From assembly GCA_964016885.1 (NCBI GenBank), contig OZ024743.1, positions 63,550,001 to 63,614,000 of the forward strand: a stretch of DNA of 64,000 bases. The letters are read 5' to 3'. The stretch comes from Eledone cirrhosa. Its lineage: Eukaryota. Under the pieces are notes generated by a model. It had not been told where the DNA came from. It ran no database searches and saw only the letters and a list, made by a program, of their open reading frames with translations. Below are positions 12,594 to 22,104 of the stretch, piece by piece. The position numbers and the translations under genes were made by a program. Positions within the stretch are counted from its first letter, which is position 1; the number at the start of each line of letters is the position of its first letter.

Positions 12594-15500
12594 TTACAGA
12601 TATATACTCAGAGTCGGCCCATTCACTCGGGCCATTCTTGCTTCTCTCACCCATCTTTCAACAAAATGCTGGGAAGAGAGCACTTCCTTCTCTACTCTGA
12701 TTTTCCTTTTCAAATGAAATTTGAAAAAGTCAATCAGAGCATCACCGAAGAGGTAAGTGCTCGTCTTCAGCCCTTTCAAACGTGTCCACCATACTATCTC
12801 TTTCGCCATGGCCACCAGACAGATAAAAACTGCCTGCCCTTCCCGGCTAAAGGAGGAGGGCGGGGCAATCCTCACGATAGACTCAGATGATAGCTGGATC
12901 CGTCCTAAACGCGACAGCAGGTGTTCGACATAAACCCACAAGTCAGCAATTTTCGGACACTGGACGAGTGCGTGCAGGACGGTTTCGTCGCCCTGCGCGC
13001 ATCTCGGACATGCCCGGCTGACGGCACCTCCATGCCTGTAGAGTTTATCCCGAACTGGCAAGGCTCCTCGGTAGCACTGCCAGGCCAGAGATTTCTGGAA
13101 GTTGTCCATAGGCCCTGGCCCGAAAGTTCTTCCGAAGAGATTGGCTAGTTGATTTTCGTCGACGCCTAGAGTTTCCCCAAGTACGTCGTCGCTCTTCCCC
13201 TCCACTAATCCTCTATAGAACGCCGAGGTGGAGTTTCCACCGATCACATTGCCCGATTGGTCGAGGGCTGTGAGCGCCTGAAGACATTCCAGTCTCCAGG
13301 CGCTCCCTCTCGGTCTTCGCTTGACCCAGGACTGCAGCTCCGTCAAGGAAACGAGCTGGGGAAAAACGCGTCTAGCAAACGGCGACCACACCTGATCACC
13401 GTCGAGGAAGAGGTGGAGATGTCGTAGCCTGAGCGCGTGCCTGCGCATCATCAGCCACGGCATGCCCAGCCCTCCACGTAGCGGGTGTTGACAACAGATG
13501 GACCGCCTGACCATCGGAGCACGTCCCTTCCACAAAAAGCGAAAGAGCAAACGCTCCAGCGCAGTCAGGCGAGGCTTAGGACAAGGTACGACGGTTAGGC
13601 GGTAGCAGATGACAGACGCGATGTACGCGTTAGCCACCTCCGCTCGACCTTTCAGGGATAGCTTCCTCTCCGCCCATTTCTGGGTGAGAGAAGCCACCCT
13701 GCTCGTCACCTCGTCCCAGTTTTTGTCCGTCTGGAGGTCCGGACCGAACCAGACCCCTAGCAATTTAACCGGTCCGTCCGTCCAGCGCCCGACGACGCTG
13801 TTGGACGGCATGGACCTGCCTCTCCAGGTGCCGAGCTGCAGGCCCACTGACTTTTCCTGGTTGATCATTGCTCCTGTCACCGCTTCGTATTCTCTTAGTG
13901 TAGTGCCGATCGCCTCGATGTGTTTGGCGTTCGACACCACTACGGTGACATCGTCCGCATATGCTGACACGGATCTTCCGCATCCTAGTTCGCGCGGGAC
14001 TCCCCTCAACGTCTCCAGTTTGTGCAGTAATGGCTCGAGAGTCAATACGTACAAGAGGGACGAGAGGGGACATCCTTGGCGGACCGAGCGCATGATGTTG
14101 AACGGTTCCGACAGGTGACCGTTCACTCTCACCACAGAGCAGATGTCGCTGTGCATGGCAGCGATCCAGCCTCTGAAGACGGGCCCAAAGCCAGCCGCCC
14201 TCAGGACTGCCGCTAGGTAACGATGGTCGACCCTATCGAAAGCTTTCGACTGATCTAAATTGATCAAGGACCCACCCGTGCCATGTTCCCTAGCTACCCT
14301 CTCTACGATGTATCGCATGAGGTGGAGGTTGTCGTGGATGGATCTGTCGGGAATGGCGCATGTCTGCGCCTCTCCCACCAGACCACCAACGACAAGCGCC
14401 AACCTCTTTGCTAGCACCTTGGCCAAAATCTTAAACTCTGTGTTTAGCAGAGTTATGGGCCGGAAATTGTCTATGTTATCCCCCTTGTTCGGATCCTTTC
14501 TCAGCAGTGCCACCGCTCCTCGGCTCACAGAACTGGGAATTCTCCCGTTCTGTTGCCAGTTGCAGTAGACGTCCGCCAAGAGGCCTCCGAACAAGTCTGG
14601 CATCTGTACGTAAAGTTCATAGGGCAGACCATCCAAACCAGGCGATTTACCCCTTGTGCAGCCAGTCATTGCCTCCCGTACTTCAGCGGCTGTTATCGGC
14701 TTTTCGCAACACTTCGCCTCAGTGGCCGAGAGCCGCGGCAGTCCGTCGAGGTAGACACTAAAGTCCATCCCTCTACCCGGCCCCCCGCTGCCCCCGAACA
14801 GCTGAGCGAAGTGTCGCTGAAAAGCTTCACACATTTGCCCGGGATCGAGTAGCATGCGCCCGTCGTGGTCCACCAAAGACCGGATCGTGGCTTTGTTGCC
14901 ACGACGCGCCTCCGCCACTCGGGCCCATTGAACGGCTTTCGTCCCCTCGTGTCTGAGAGCACGCACCCTAGCTCTGACAACGCAGCCTTCGTGCTTTGCA
15001 TTGAAGAATTGGTCAAGGGCCAATTTCGCCGCAAGCACGTCGGTCGCAATGCCTTTGCTAAGCGCCTCGTCTAATTTTCTAACTAGTTCTCCCTCTGCTC
15101 TATTTTTCTCTATTGCTAAAGCCTTACTAAACCTAATCGATTCTATTCTAATCGCTCTTTTCAGAGCAAACCACCACTTGTTGTTGACGATGGCCCCCGT
15201 CAACGCCCGCTTAACTAGTTCGCTAATCCGGTCTCTGTAGGCCTTGCGCGCTGGTAAGGACGCGTTTAGCTTCCAGTAGCCGGGTCCTCGTCTATGAAGC
15301 CTATCTAAGTCAAGCACACAGATCACGAATTTGTGGTCCGTGTAGCTGACTATTTTGAATTGTGGACAGCCTATGCTAGACCTATCTATTTCCCTACAAA
15401 ATACTCTATCTAGATATGATCTGGATGACCCTATGCGGTTTGTCCAAGTCCACATTGGCACATTCGGGAAATCCAATCGGTACCTGTCAGACAGTTCAAA

Positions 15501-16013
15501 ACGCCTGAGCAGGTTGGTGAGGCTCTTGCACCCTCCACCCCTATCCGCTAATCCCACACAGTCCCAGCGTGCATCTAAGATCCCGTTCCAGTCGCCCACT
15601 AACACTAAAGAGCGGGACGTTCCAAGAAAGGTCTCCAGACGCCGGAAGAAATCAGGCCGCCCTGCTCCTGTCGGGGCATAGACGGCCACTAGCCTGAAAG
15701 CTTGCCCGTCTCCGCTGGTCACGTCCAGCACCACCAGCTTACCCTCTGGGTCCAGGAAGATAGCCCGTATGGCGAGATCCAAACCTCTCCGAAAAAGCAC
15801 AGCAACTCCTCCACCGGATCCAGGACGGCTGGGAGATGCGTACACATCGAAGCCGCCGAAGATCGGTGCGAAGGCCCGTGCTTCGGAGATTCTGGTCTCG
15901 CTGATGGCCACTACATCTATGTTTAGTGACCTGAGGTCGTTGAGCAGGTGACCCTGCTTCCATGACGACCCCAAGCCACGCGCATTTATGCTGCCTATTC
16001 TGAGTGAGGTCAT
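12594..16013 (-). CDS. ORF2p, 1139 aa: APE endonuclease, reverse transcriptase, C-terminal CCHC
   Basis: SINARG/SET/VYAP/GDWN/YLDR/TDH (APE); KSPGLDG, NFRPITLLN, LDQSKAFDRV, RQGCPLS, YADD (RT); GGLG and CPRC-x8-H-x4-C typical of the L1/Tx1 clade. Confidence 0.96.
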   Translation of the reverse strand: MTSLRIGSINARGLGSSWKQGHLLNDLRSLNIDVVAISETRISEARAFAPIFGGFDVYASPSRPGSGGGVAVLFRRGLDLAIRAIFLDPEGKLVVLDVTSGDGQAFRLVAVYAPTGAGRPDFFRRLETFLGTSRSLVLVGDWNGILDARWDCVGLADRGGGCKSLTNLLRRFELSDRYRLDFPNVPMWTWTNRIGSSRSYLDRVFCREIDRSSIGCPQFKIVSYTDHKFVICVLDLDRLHRRGPGYWKLNASLPARKAYRDRISELVKRALTGAIVNNKWWFALKRAIRIESIRFSKALAIEKNRAEGELVRKLDEALSKGIATDVLAAKLALDQFFNAKHEGCVVRARVRALRHEGTKAVQWARVAEARRGNKATIRSLVDHDGRMLLDPGQMCEAFQRHFAQLFGGSGGPGRGMDFSVYLDGLPRLSATEAKCCEKPITAAEVREAMTGCTRGKSPGLDGLPYELYVQMPDLFGGLLADVYCNWQQNGRIPSSVSRGAVALLRKDPNKGDNIDNFRPITLLNTEFKILAKVLAKRLALVVGGLVGEAQTCAIPDRSIHDNLHLMRYIVERVAREHGTGGSLINLDQSKAFDRVDHRYLAAVLRAAGFGPVFRGWIAAMHSDICSVVRVNGHLSEPFNIMRSVRQGCPLSSLLYVLTLEPLLHKLETLRGVPRELGCGRSVSAYADDVTVVVSNAKHIEAIGTTLREYEAVTGAMINQEKSVGLQLGTWRGRSMPSNSVVGRWTDGPVKLLGVWFGPDLQTDKNWDEVTSRVASLTQKWAERKLSLKGRAEVANAYIASVICYRLTVVPCPKPRLTALERLLFRFLWKGRAPMVRRSICCQHPLRGGLGMPWLMMRRHALRLRHLHLFLDGDQVWSPFARRVFPQLVSLTELQSWVKRRPRGSAWRLECLQALTALDQSGNVIGGNSTSAFYRGLVEGKSDDVLGETLGVDENQLANLFGRTFGPGPMDNFQKSLAWQCYRGALPVRDKLYRHGGAVSRACPRCAQGDETVLHALVQCPKIADLWVYVEHLLSRLGRIQLSSESIVRIAPPSSFSREGQAVFICLVAMAKEIVWWTRLKGLKTSTYLFGDALIDFFKFHLKRKIRVEKEVLSSQHFVERWVREARMARVNGPTLSIYL

Positions 16014-16048
16014 GTTTAAAATAGAGTGGAAAAGATGGGAAAGACCAC

Positions 16049-18148
16049 TTACCGTACTTTTGGTAGAGGAGGGATGGTTTTTACATCCCTTTTCACTTGA
16101 TCGTCTGGTGAAGGGACCGTTGAATCGTCCCTTCGGCTGGTCGTCGGCTCTTCTAAGAGAATGTCTGAGTATACTCTTCGATTGATGGTTCCTCCTAGGT
16201 CCCTGAAATCACCAACTGCGTTGGGGAATTTCGTTTTAATATTTGTGTATTGTTTCTGTGCTATTTTTAGCAGTCTTATGTTAGTTGGCGTTTTGATTGG
16301 TGCTGGTATTATGTAGTCCTGTTGTGAAATGTCTGTGTGTTCAATTATGTAAGTCATTAGTTTCTTGTTGTGTGTATTTATTGCCGTGCATTTGTTTTTC
16401 TGGGGGTGGGGTGTGGTTCTGCTATTTTCTTGTCGTTGTTGCTGGGTGTGTGTGTTTTGTTGTTGTGTTTGCGATGTTGGTGCTTGTGGTGGTGGTGTTG
16501 AAGGTGTTGTTGGCGGTGGGGTTGTCGCCGGTGGTGATGGTGGCGCTAGTGTGGGTGGTGATGGTGTTGGTGTTGTTGCTGCTGTGGGTCTCTTTGCAGT
16601 AGACCTTACCCTTTTCTCATTTCTTTCCTCACTTTTCAAAGGCGACGATGCGCTGCTTCTGCGTTTGTGCCTTCTTACGACCTTTTGCCATCTCTCTCCC
16701 ACCTCACACTCCATGTCTGATTCTGTGAGGTCGGGGAGGGGTACCAACTCCACTCTTTCACTTGTTGTTGTTGGTGATGTTTGCACTGGAGTCTCTGTTG
16801 CAGCTGCATTTGGTATTGCTGTTGTTGTTGTTAGTATTTCCACTGCTGCTGCTGTTTTTGATTTCCGTGGAGTGGGTATGGGTGCCACGGGCCTATCGTT
16901 CCTGGTTGCCGCTTGTCCTGTTGCTGGTAGCCGTGGAGCCGGATTCGGAAGGAGGGGGGTTTTCTCCTTTCTCAGGGTCTTCTCGTTGCAGAAGGCCCTG
17001 AGGTGAGTCTTCGATCCACAGCGAAAGCATTTCGGGCGTTTGCCCTCAACACTTATGGGCAGTTGAGTGCCGTTATCGAAGTCTATCACATCCGGGATAG
17101 CTTCGATGCACTCCTGGTTGGTTTGGATTAGCATCTCAATGGAGGAGCCGACCCAATCTTCTCTTACTTTTTTCTGTACTTGCAGTACAGTTGTTTTGTC
17201 CTCGATTCCGACGAGGACAGACGCGGCCAGCCAAGAAGGGGTCATTCCGGGGGGGACGTGGGTCAGTTTGACCCTCACAATTTTTTGCCCGCAGTAGGAG
17301 GGCACCAACACCATTTCCTCGCTCCTTAGGGTCACTACTGATTGGGCCTTTGCCTCCTGGGGTGTGGCAAAAAGTACGTCTACGGTGGCGTATTTTTTGC
17401 CTCGGGTGATGTGCGTTTTCCTCTGCCACACAGACCCCAAGGCTTTTTGTATTTGGGCCTCTGTGGCTCTTTCCACCCTACGGGATTTTGTACTTACTGT
17501 ACGGTACGTGACCGTACAGTGCTCTTGGGTTTCGAAAAAATTTTTCGCTGCCTTGCAGATTGCTCGGTGTCCGTTCTTTGTCACCATCTTCTTCGCTTCC
17601 TCTAATTCCTCATTTGTTATGAGGATTGTTTCCAGGTTTTTCGCAATACCTGCAAATGAGATTGGTTTTTCTCTGCTGTTGTTGTTGTCGTCGTCAGAGC
17701 TGCTGGTACTTTTGTTGTTGCTGCAGGTACTACGACTACTGCCTCCGCCGCTGTTGCTGTGGTTGTTGTTGGTGTTGCTGCTGCTAATGCTGTTGTTGTT
17801 TATGCTGCTGGTGATGCTGTTGCGGCTGCTACTGTTGTTTTCATTGTCACTGTTGCTGTTGTTATTACGGCTGCTACTGCTATTATTCCTGACGTCAGAC
17901 GAATGAACTGGGTTTTCGTATTTCCCGCACACCTGTTTCGTCGCTGTCGTCGTCGTCGTGGAGAAACCTTGCACGCTTTGCACGAGACTTTTCTTTTCTT
18001 TCGTCGCTTGCGAAAGAGAAGGGAGGGAGAGAGACACATTTAAAGAAGGGAGGGAGAGAGACAATCTTCTCTCTGATGTAGTGATGATTGAGGAAGAAGA
18101 AGACGGAATGAGTGGGAGTGACGTATGAAATTTCTTTTTCGTAGCCAT
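16049..18148 (-). CDS. ORF1p, 699 aa from first ATG: N/S-rich N-terminus, conserved central domain, single CCHC knuckle, P/T/Q-rich tail
   Basis: ATG at 18148 in AAAAACATGG context (the track start 18181 is non-ATG); CFRCGSKTHLRAFC = CX2CX4HX4C. Confidence 0.92.
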   Translation of the reverse strand: MATKKKFHTSLPLIPSSSSSIITTSERRLSLSLPSLNVSLSLPSLSQATKEKKSLVQSVQGFSTTTTTATKQVCGKYENPVHSSDVRNNSSSSRNNNSNSDNENNSSSRNSITSSINNNSISSSNTNNNHSNSGGGSSRSTCSNNKSTSSSDDDNNNSREKPISFAGIAKNLETILITNEELEEAKKMVTKNGHRAICKAAKNFFETQEHCTVTYRTVSTKSRRVERATEAQIQKALGSVWQRKTHITRGKKYATVDVLFATPQEAKAQSVVTLRSEEMVLVPSYCGQKIVRVKLTHVPPGMTPSWLAASVLVGIEDKTTVLQVQKKVREDWVGSSIEMLIQTNQECIEAIPDVIDFDNGTQLPISVEGKRPKCFRCGSKTHLRAFCNEKTLRKEKTPLLPNPAPRLPATGQAATRNDRPVAPIPTPRKSKTAAAVEILTTTTAIPNAAATETPVQTSPTTTSERVELVPLPDLTESDMECEVGERWQKVVRRHKRRSSASSPLKSEERNEKRVRSTAKRPTAATTPTPSPPTLAPPSPPATTPPPTTPSTPPPQAPTSQTQQQNTHTQQQRQENSRTTPHPQKNKCTAINTHNKKLMTYIIEHTDISQQDYIIPAPIKTPTNIRLLKIAQKQYTNIKTKFPNAVGDFRDLGGTINRRVYSDILLEEPTTSRRDDSTVPSPDDQVKRDVKTIPPLPKVR

Positions 18149-18649
18149 GTTTTTTTGTTTAAAATGAAATTTTGGGTACAAAACCCCAATAACTGGTTAT
18201 TTAACCCCGAAGGGCCAAATAACGGACAGAAAGACCCCTCTCACGAGGAGGAGGGTGTCTTTATCAACAATTTGGTTCAAGTTTTAAACAATTTACAATT
18301 GTTTTAACGGTTAAAAATTACTATACCTTACAGAGCCGAGCCTCCGTCAACCATGGCATTCAATAATAATAATAATAATAATAATGATTTCTTTATTAAC
18401 CACAAGGGTTTACATAAAGTAGACATTAAGGACAGTGCAGGACAATGCAGGACGGTACAAATGGGCATTTCTGCGTGTAAAAAAAAACAAAAACAGAGGA
18501 TGTAACAAAAATAACAATGAAAATAACAATGAAAAATTCCCCAATAGGGGGGAGACTTCGGAGGGACATTTGTGGAGAAAGCCCAGTAAAAAGCCACAAT
18601 GACCCTGACCACCAAGGCAAGTGCCCTCTCCCAGTTTTCCACCTTTAGT

Positions 18650-21600
18650 TTACAGATATATACTCAGAGTCGGCCCATTCACTCGGGCCATTCTTGCTTC
18701 TCTCACCCATCTTTCAACAAAATGCTGGGAAGAGAGCACTTCCTTCTCTACTCTGATTTTCCTTTTCAAATGAAATTTGAAAAAGTCAATCAGAGCATCA
18801 CCGAAGAGGTAAGTGCTCGTCTTCAGCCCTTTCAAACGTGTCCACCATACTATCTCTTTCGCCATGGCCACCAGACAGATAAAAACTGCCTGCCCTTCCC
18901 GGCTAAAGGAGGAGGGCGGGGCAATCCTCACGATAGACTCAGATGATAGCTGGATCCGTCCTAAACGCGACAGCAGGTGTTCGACATAAACCCACAAGTC
19001 AGCAATTTTCGGACACTGGACGAGTGCGTGCAGGACGGTTTCGTCGCCCTGCGCGCATCTCGGACATGCCCGGCTGACGGCACCTCCATGCCTGTAGAGT
19101 TTATCCCGAACTGGCAAGGCTCCTCGGTAGCACTGCCAGGCCAGAGATTTCTGGAAGTTGTCCATAGGCCCCGGCCCGAAAGTTCTTCCGAAGAGATTGG
19201 CTAGTTGATTTTCGTCGACGCCTAGAGTTTCCCCAAGTACGTCGTCGCTCTTCCCCTCCACTAATCCTCTATAGAACGCCGAGGTGGAGTTTCCACCGAT
19301 CACATTGCCCGATTGGTCGAGGGCTGTGAGCGCCTGAAGACATTCCAGTCTCCAGGCGCTCCCTCTCGGTCTTCGCTTGACCCAGGACTGCAGCTCCGTC
19401 AAGGAAACGAGCTGGGGAAAAACGCGTCTAGCAAACGGCGACCACACCTGATCACCGTCGAGGAAGAGGTGGAGATGTCGTAGCCTGAGCGCGTGCCTGC
19501 GCATCATCAGCCACGGCATGCCCAGCCCTCCACGTAGCGGGTGTTGACAACAGATGGACCGCCTGACCATCGGAGCACGTCCCTTCCACAAAAAGCGAAA
19601 GAGCAAACGCTCCAGCGCAGTCAGGCGAGGCTTAGGACAAGGTACGACGGTTAGGCGGTAGCAGATGACAGACGCGATGTACGCGTTAGCCACCTCCGCT
19701 CGACCTTTCAGGGATAGCTTCCTCTCCGCCCATTTCTGGGTGAGAGAAGCCACCCTGCTCGTCACCTCGTCCCAGTTTTTGTCCGTCTGGAGGTCCGGAC
19801 CGAACCAGACCCCTAGCAATTTAACCGGTCCGTCCGTCCAGCGCCCGACGACGCTGTTGGACGGCATGGACCTGCCTCTCCAGGTGCCGAGCTGCAGGCC
19901 CACTGACTTTTCCTGGTTGATCATTGCTCCTGTCACCGCTTCGTATTCTCTTAGTGTAGTGCCGATCGCCTCGATGTGTTTGGCGTTCGACACCACTACG
20001 GTGACATCGTCCGCATATGCTGACACGGATCTTCCGCATCCTAGTTCGCGCGGGACTCCCCTCAACGTCTCCAGTTTGTGCAGTAATGGCTCGAGAGTCA
20101 ATACGTACAAGAGGGACGAGAGGGGACATCCTTGGCGGACCGAGCGCATGATGTTGAACGGTTCCGACAGGTGACCGTTCACTCTCACCACAGAGCAGAT
20201 GTCGCTGTGCATGGCAGCGATCCAGCCTCTGAAGACGGGCCCAAAGCCAGCCGCCCTCAGGACTGCCGCTAGGTAACGATGGTCGACCCTATCGAAAGCT
20301 TTCGACTGATCTAAATTGATCAAGGACCCACCCGTGCCAGGTTCCCTAGCTACCCTCTCTACGATGTATCGCATGAGGTGGAGGTTGTCGTGGATGGATC
20401 TGTCGGGAATGGCGCATGTCTGCGCCTCTCCCACCAGACCACCAACGACAAGCGCCAACCTCTTTGCTAGCACCTTGGCCAAAATCTTAAACTCTGTGTT
20501 TAGCAGAGTTATGGGCCGGAAATTGTCTATGTTATCCCCCTTGTTCGGATCCTTTCTCAGCAGTGCCACCGCTCCTCGGCTCACAGAACTGGGAATTCTC
20601 CCGTTCTGTTGCCAGTTGCAGTAGACGTCCGCCAAGAGGCCTCCGAACAAGTCTGGCATCTGTACGTAAAGTTCATAGGGCAGACCATCCAAACCAGGCG
20701 ATTTACCCCTTGTGCAGCCAGTCATTGCCTCCCGTACTTCAGCGGCTGTTATCGGCTTTTCGCAACACTTCGCCTCAGTGGCCGAGAGCCGCGGCAGTCC
20801 GTCGAGGTAGACACTAAAGTCCATCCCTCTACCCGGCCCCCCGCTGCCCCCGAACAGCTGAGCGAAGTGTCGCTGAAAAGCTTCACACATTTGCCCGGGA
20901 TCGAGTAGCATGCGCCCGTCGTGGTCCACCAAAGACCGGATCGTGGCTTTGTTGCCACGACGCGCCTCCGCCACTCGGGCCCATTGAACGGCTTTCGTCC
21001 CCTCGTGTCTGAGAGCACGCACCCTAGCTCTGACAACGCAGCCTTCGTGCTTTGCATTGAAGAATTGGTCAAGGGCCAATTTCGCCGCAAGCACGTCGGT
21101 CGCAATGCCTTTGCTAAGCGCCTCGTCTAATTTTCTAACTAGTTCTCCCTCTGCTCTATTTTTCTCTATTGCTAAAGCCTTACTAAACCTAATCGATTCT
21201 ATTCTAATCGCTCTTTTCAGAGCAAACCACCACTTGTTGTTGACGATGGCCCCCGTCAACGCCCGCTTAACTAGTTCGCTAATCCGGTCTCTGTAGGCCT
21301 TGCGCGCTGGTAAGGACGCGTTTAGCTTCCAGTAGCCGGGTCCTCGTCTATGAAGCCTATCTAAGTCAAGCACACAGATCACGAATTTGTGGTCCGTGTA
21401 GCTGACTATCTTGAATTGTGGACAGCCTATGCTAGACCTATCTATTTCCCTACAAAATACTCTATCTAGATATGATCTGGATGACCCTATGCGGTTTGTC
21501 CAAGTCCACATTGGCACATTCGGGAAATCCAATCGGTACCTGTCAGACAGTTCAAAACGCCTGAGCAGGTTGGTGAGGCTCTTGCACCCTCCACCCCTAT

Positions 21601-22069
21601 CCGCTAATCCCACACAGTCCCAGCGTGCATCTAAGATCCCGTTCCAGTCGCCCACTAACACTAAAGAGCGGGACGTTCCAAGAAAGGTCTCCAGACGCCG
21701 GAAGAAATCAGGCCGCCCTGCTCCTGTCGGGGCATAGACGGCCACTAGCCTGAAAGCTTGCCCGTCTCCGCTGGTCACGTCCAGCACCACCAGCTTACCC
21801 TCTGGGTCCAGGAAGATAGCCCGTATGGCGAGATCCAAACCTCTCCGAAAAAGCACAGCAACTCCTCCACCGGATCCAGGACGGCTGGGAGATGCGTACA
21901 CATCGAAGCCGCCGAAGATCGGTGCGAAGGCCCGTGCTTCGGAGATTCTGGTCTCGCTGATGGCCACTACATCTATGTTTAGTGACCTGAGGTCGTTGAG
22001 CAGGTGACCCTGCTTCCATGACGACCCCAAGCCACGCGCATTTATGCTGCCTATTCTGAGTGAGGTCAT
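18650..22069 (-). CDS. ORF2p, 1139 aa (copy 2)
   Basis: Intact; visible difference from copy 1 is AREPG vs AREHG. Confidence 0.95.
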   Translation of the reverse strand: MTSLRIGSINARGLGSSWKQGHLLNDLRSLNIDVVAISETRISEARAFAPIFGGFDVYASPSRPGSGGGVAVLFRRGLDLAIRAIFLDPEGKLVVLDVTSGDGQAFRLVAVYAPTGAGRPDFFRRLETFLGTSRSLVLVGDWNGILDARWDCVGLADRGGGCKSLTNLLRRFELSDRYRLDFPNVPMWTWTNRIGSSRSYLDRVFCREIDRSSIGCPQFKIVSYTDHKFVICVLDLDRLHRRGPGYWKLNASLPARKAYRDRISELVKRALTGAIVNNKWWFALKRAIRIESIRFSKALAIEKNRAEGELVRKLDEALSKGIATDVLAAKLALDQFFNAKHEGCVVRARVRALRHEGTKAVQWARVAEARRGNKATIRSLVDHDGRMLLDPGQMCEAFQRHFAQLFGGSGGPGRGMDFSVYLDGLPRLSATEAKCCEKPITAAEVREAMTGCTRGKSPGLDGLPYELYVQMPDLFGGLLADVYCNWQQNGRIPSSVSRGAVALLRKDPNKGDNIDNFRPITLLNTEFKILAKVLAKRLALVVGGLVGEAQTCAIPDRSIHDNLHLMRYIVERVAREPGTGGSLINLDQSKAFDRVDHRYLAAVLRAAGFGPVFRGWIAAMHSDICSVVRVNGHLSEPFNIMRSVRQGCPLSSLLYVLTLEPLLHKLETLRGVPRELGCGRSVSAYADDVTVVVSNAKHIEAIGTTLREYEAVTGAMINQEKSVGLQLGTWRGRSMPSNSVVGRWTDGPVKLLGVWFGPDLQTDKNWDEVTSRVASLTQKWAERKLSLKGRAEVANAYIASVICYRLTVVPCPKPRLTALERLLFRFLWKGRAPMVRRSICCQHPLRGGLGMPWLMMRRHALRLRHLHLFLDGDQVWSPFARRVFPQLVSLTELQSWVKRRPRGSAWRLECLQALTALDQSGNVIGGNSTSAFYRGLVEGKSDDVLGETLGVDENQLANLFGRTFGPGPMDNFQKSLAWQCYRGALPVRDKLYRHGGAVSRACPRCAQGDETVLHALVQCPKIADLWVYVEHLLSRLGRIQLSSESIVRIAPPSSFSREGQAVFICLVAMAKEIVWWTRLKGLKTSTYLFGDALIDFFKFHLKRKIRVEKEVLSSQHFVERWVREARMARVNGPTLSIYL

Positions 22070-22104
22070 GTTTAAAATAGAGTGGAAAAGATGGGAAAGA
22101 CCAC

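Larger units (their letters stand above)
12332..18361 (-). mobile_element. Tx1/L1-clade LINE young copy 1, full length (6030 bp)
   Basis: Two intact ORFs; 3' end TGGTTAATAAAGAAATC followed by (ATT)15 (12287-12331); 5' end GAATGCCATGG abuts (AAT)8. Confidence 0.97.

Noticed and set aside
16297-18043. Plus-strand Leu/Val-rich ORFs as antisense membrane proteins
   Set aside because: Mirror of the N/S/T/Q low-complexity codons of ORF1; mostly non-ATG starts.
18225-18265. HDV-like ribozyme in the 5' UTR (TCCTCGT resembles L3)
   Set aside because: P3 pairs poorly and there is no room for P2/P1.1; reads as a simple hairpin.
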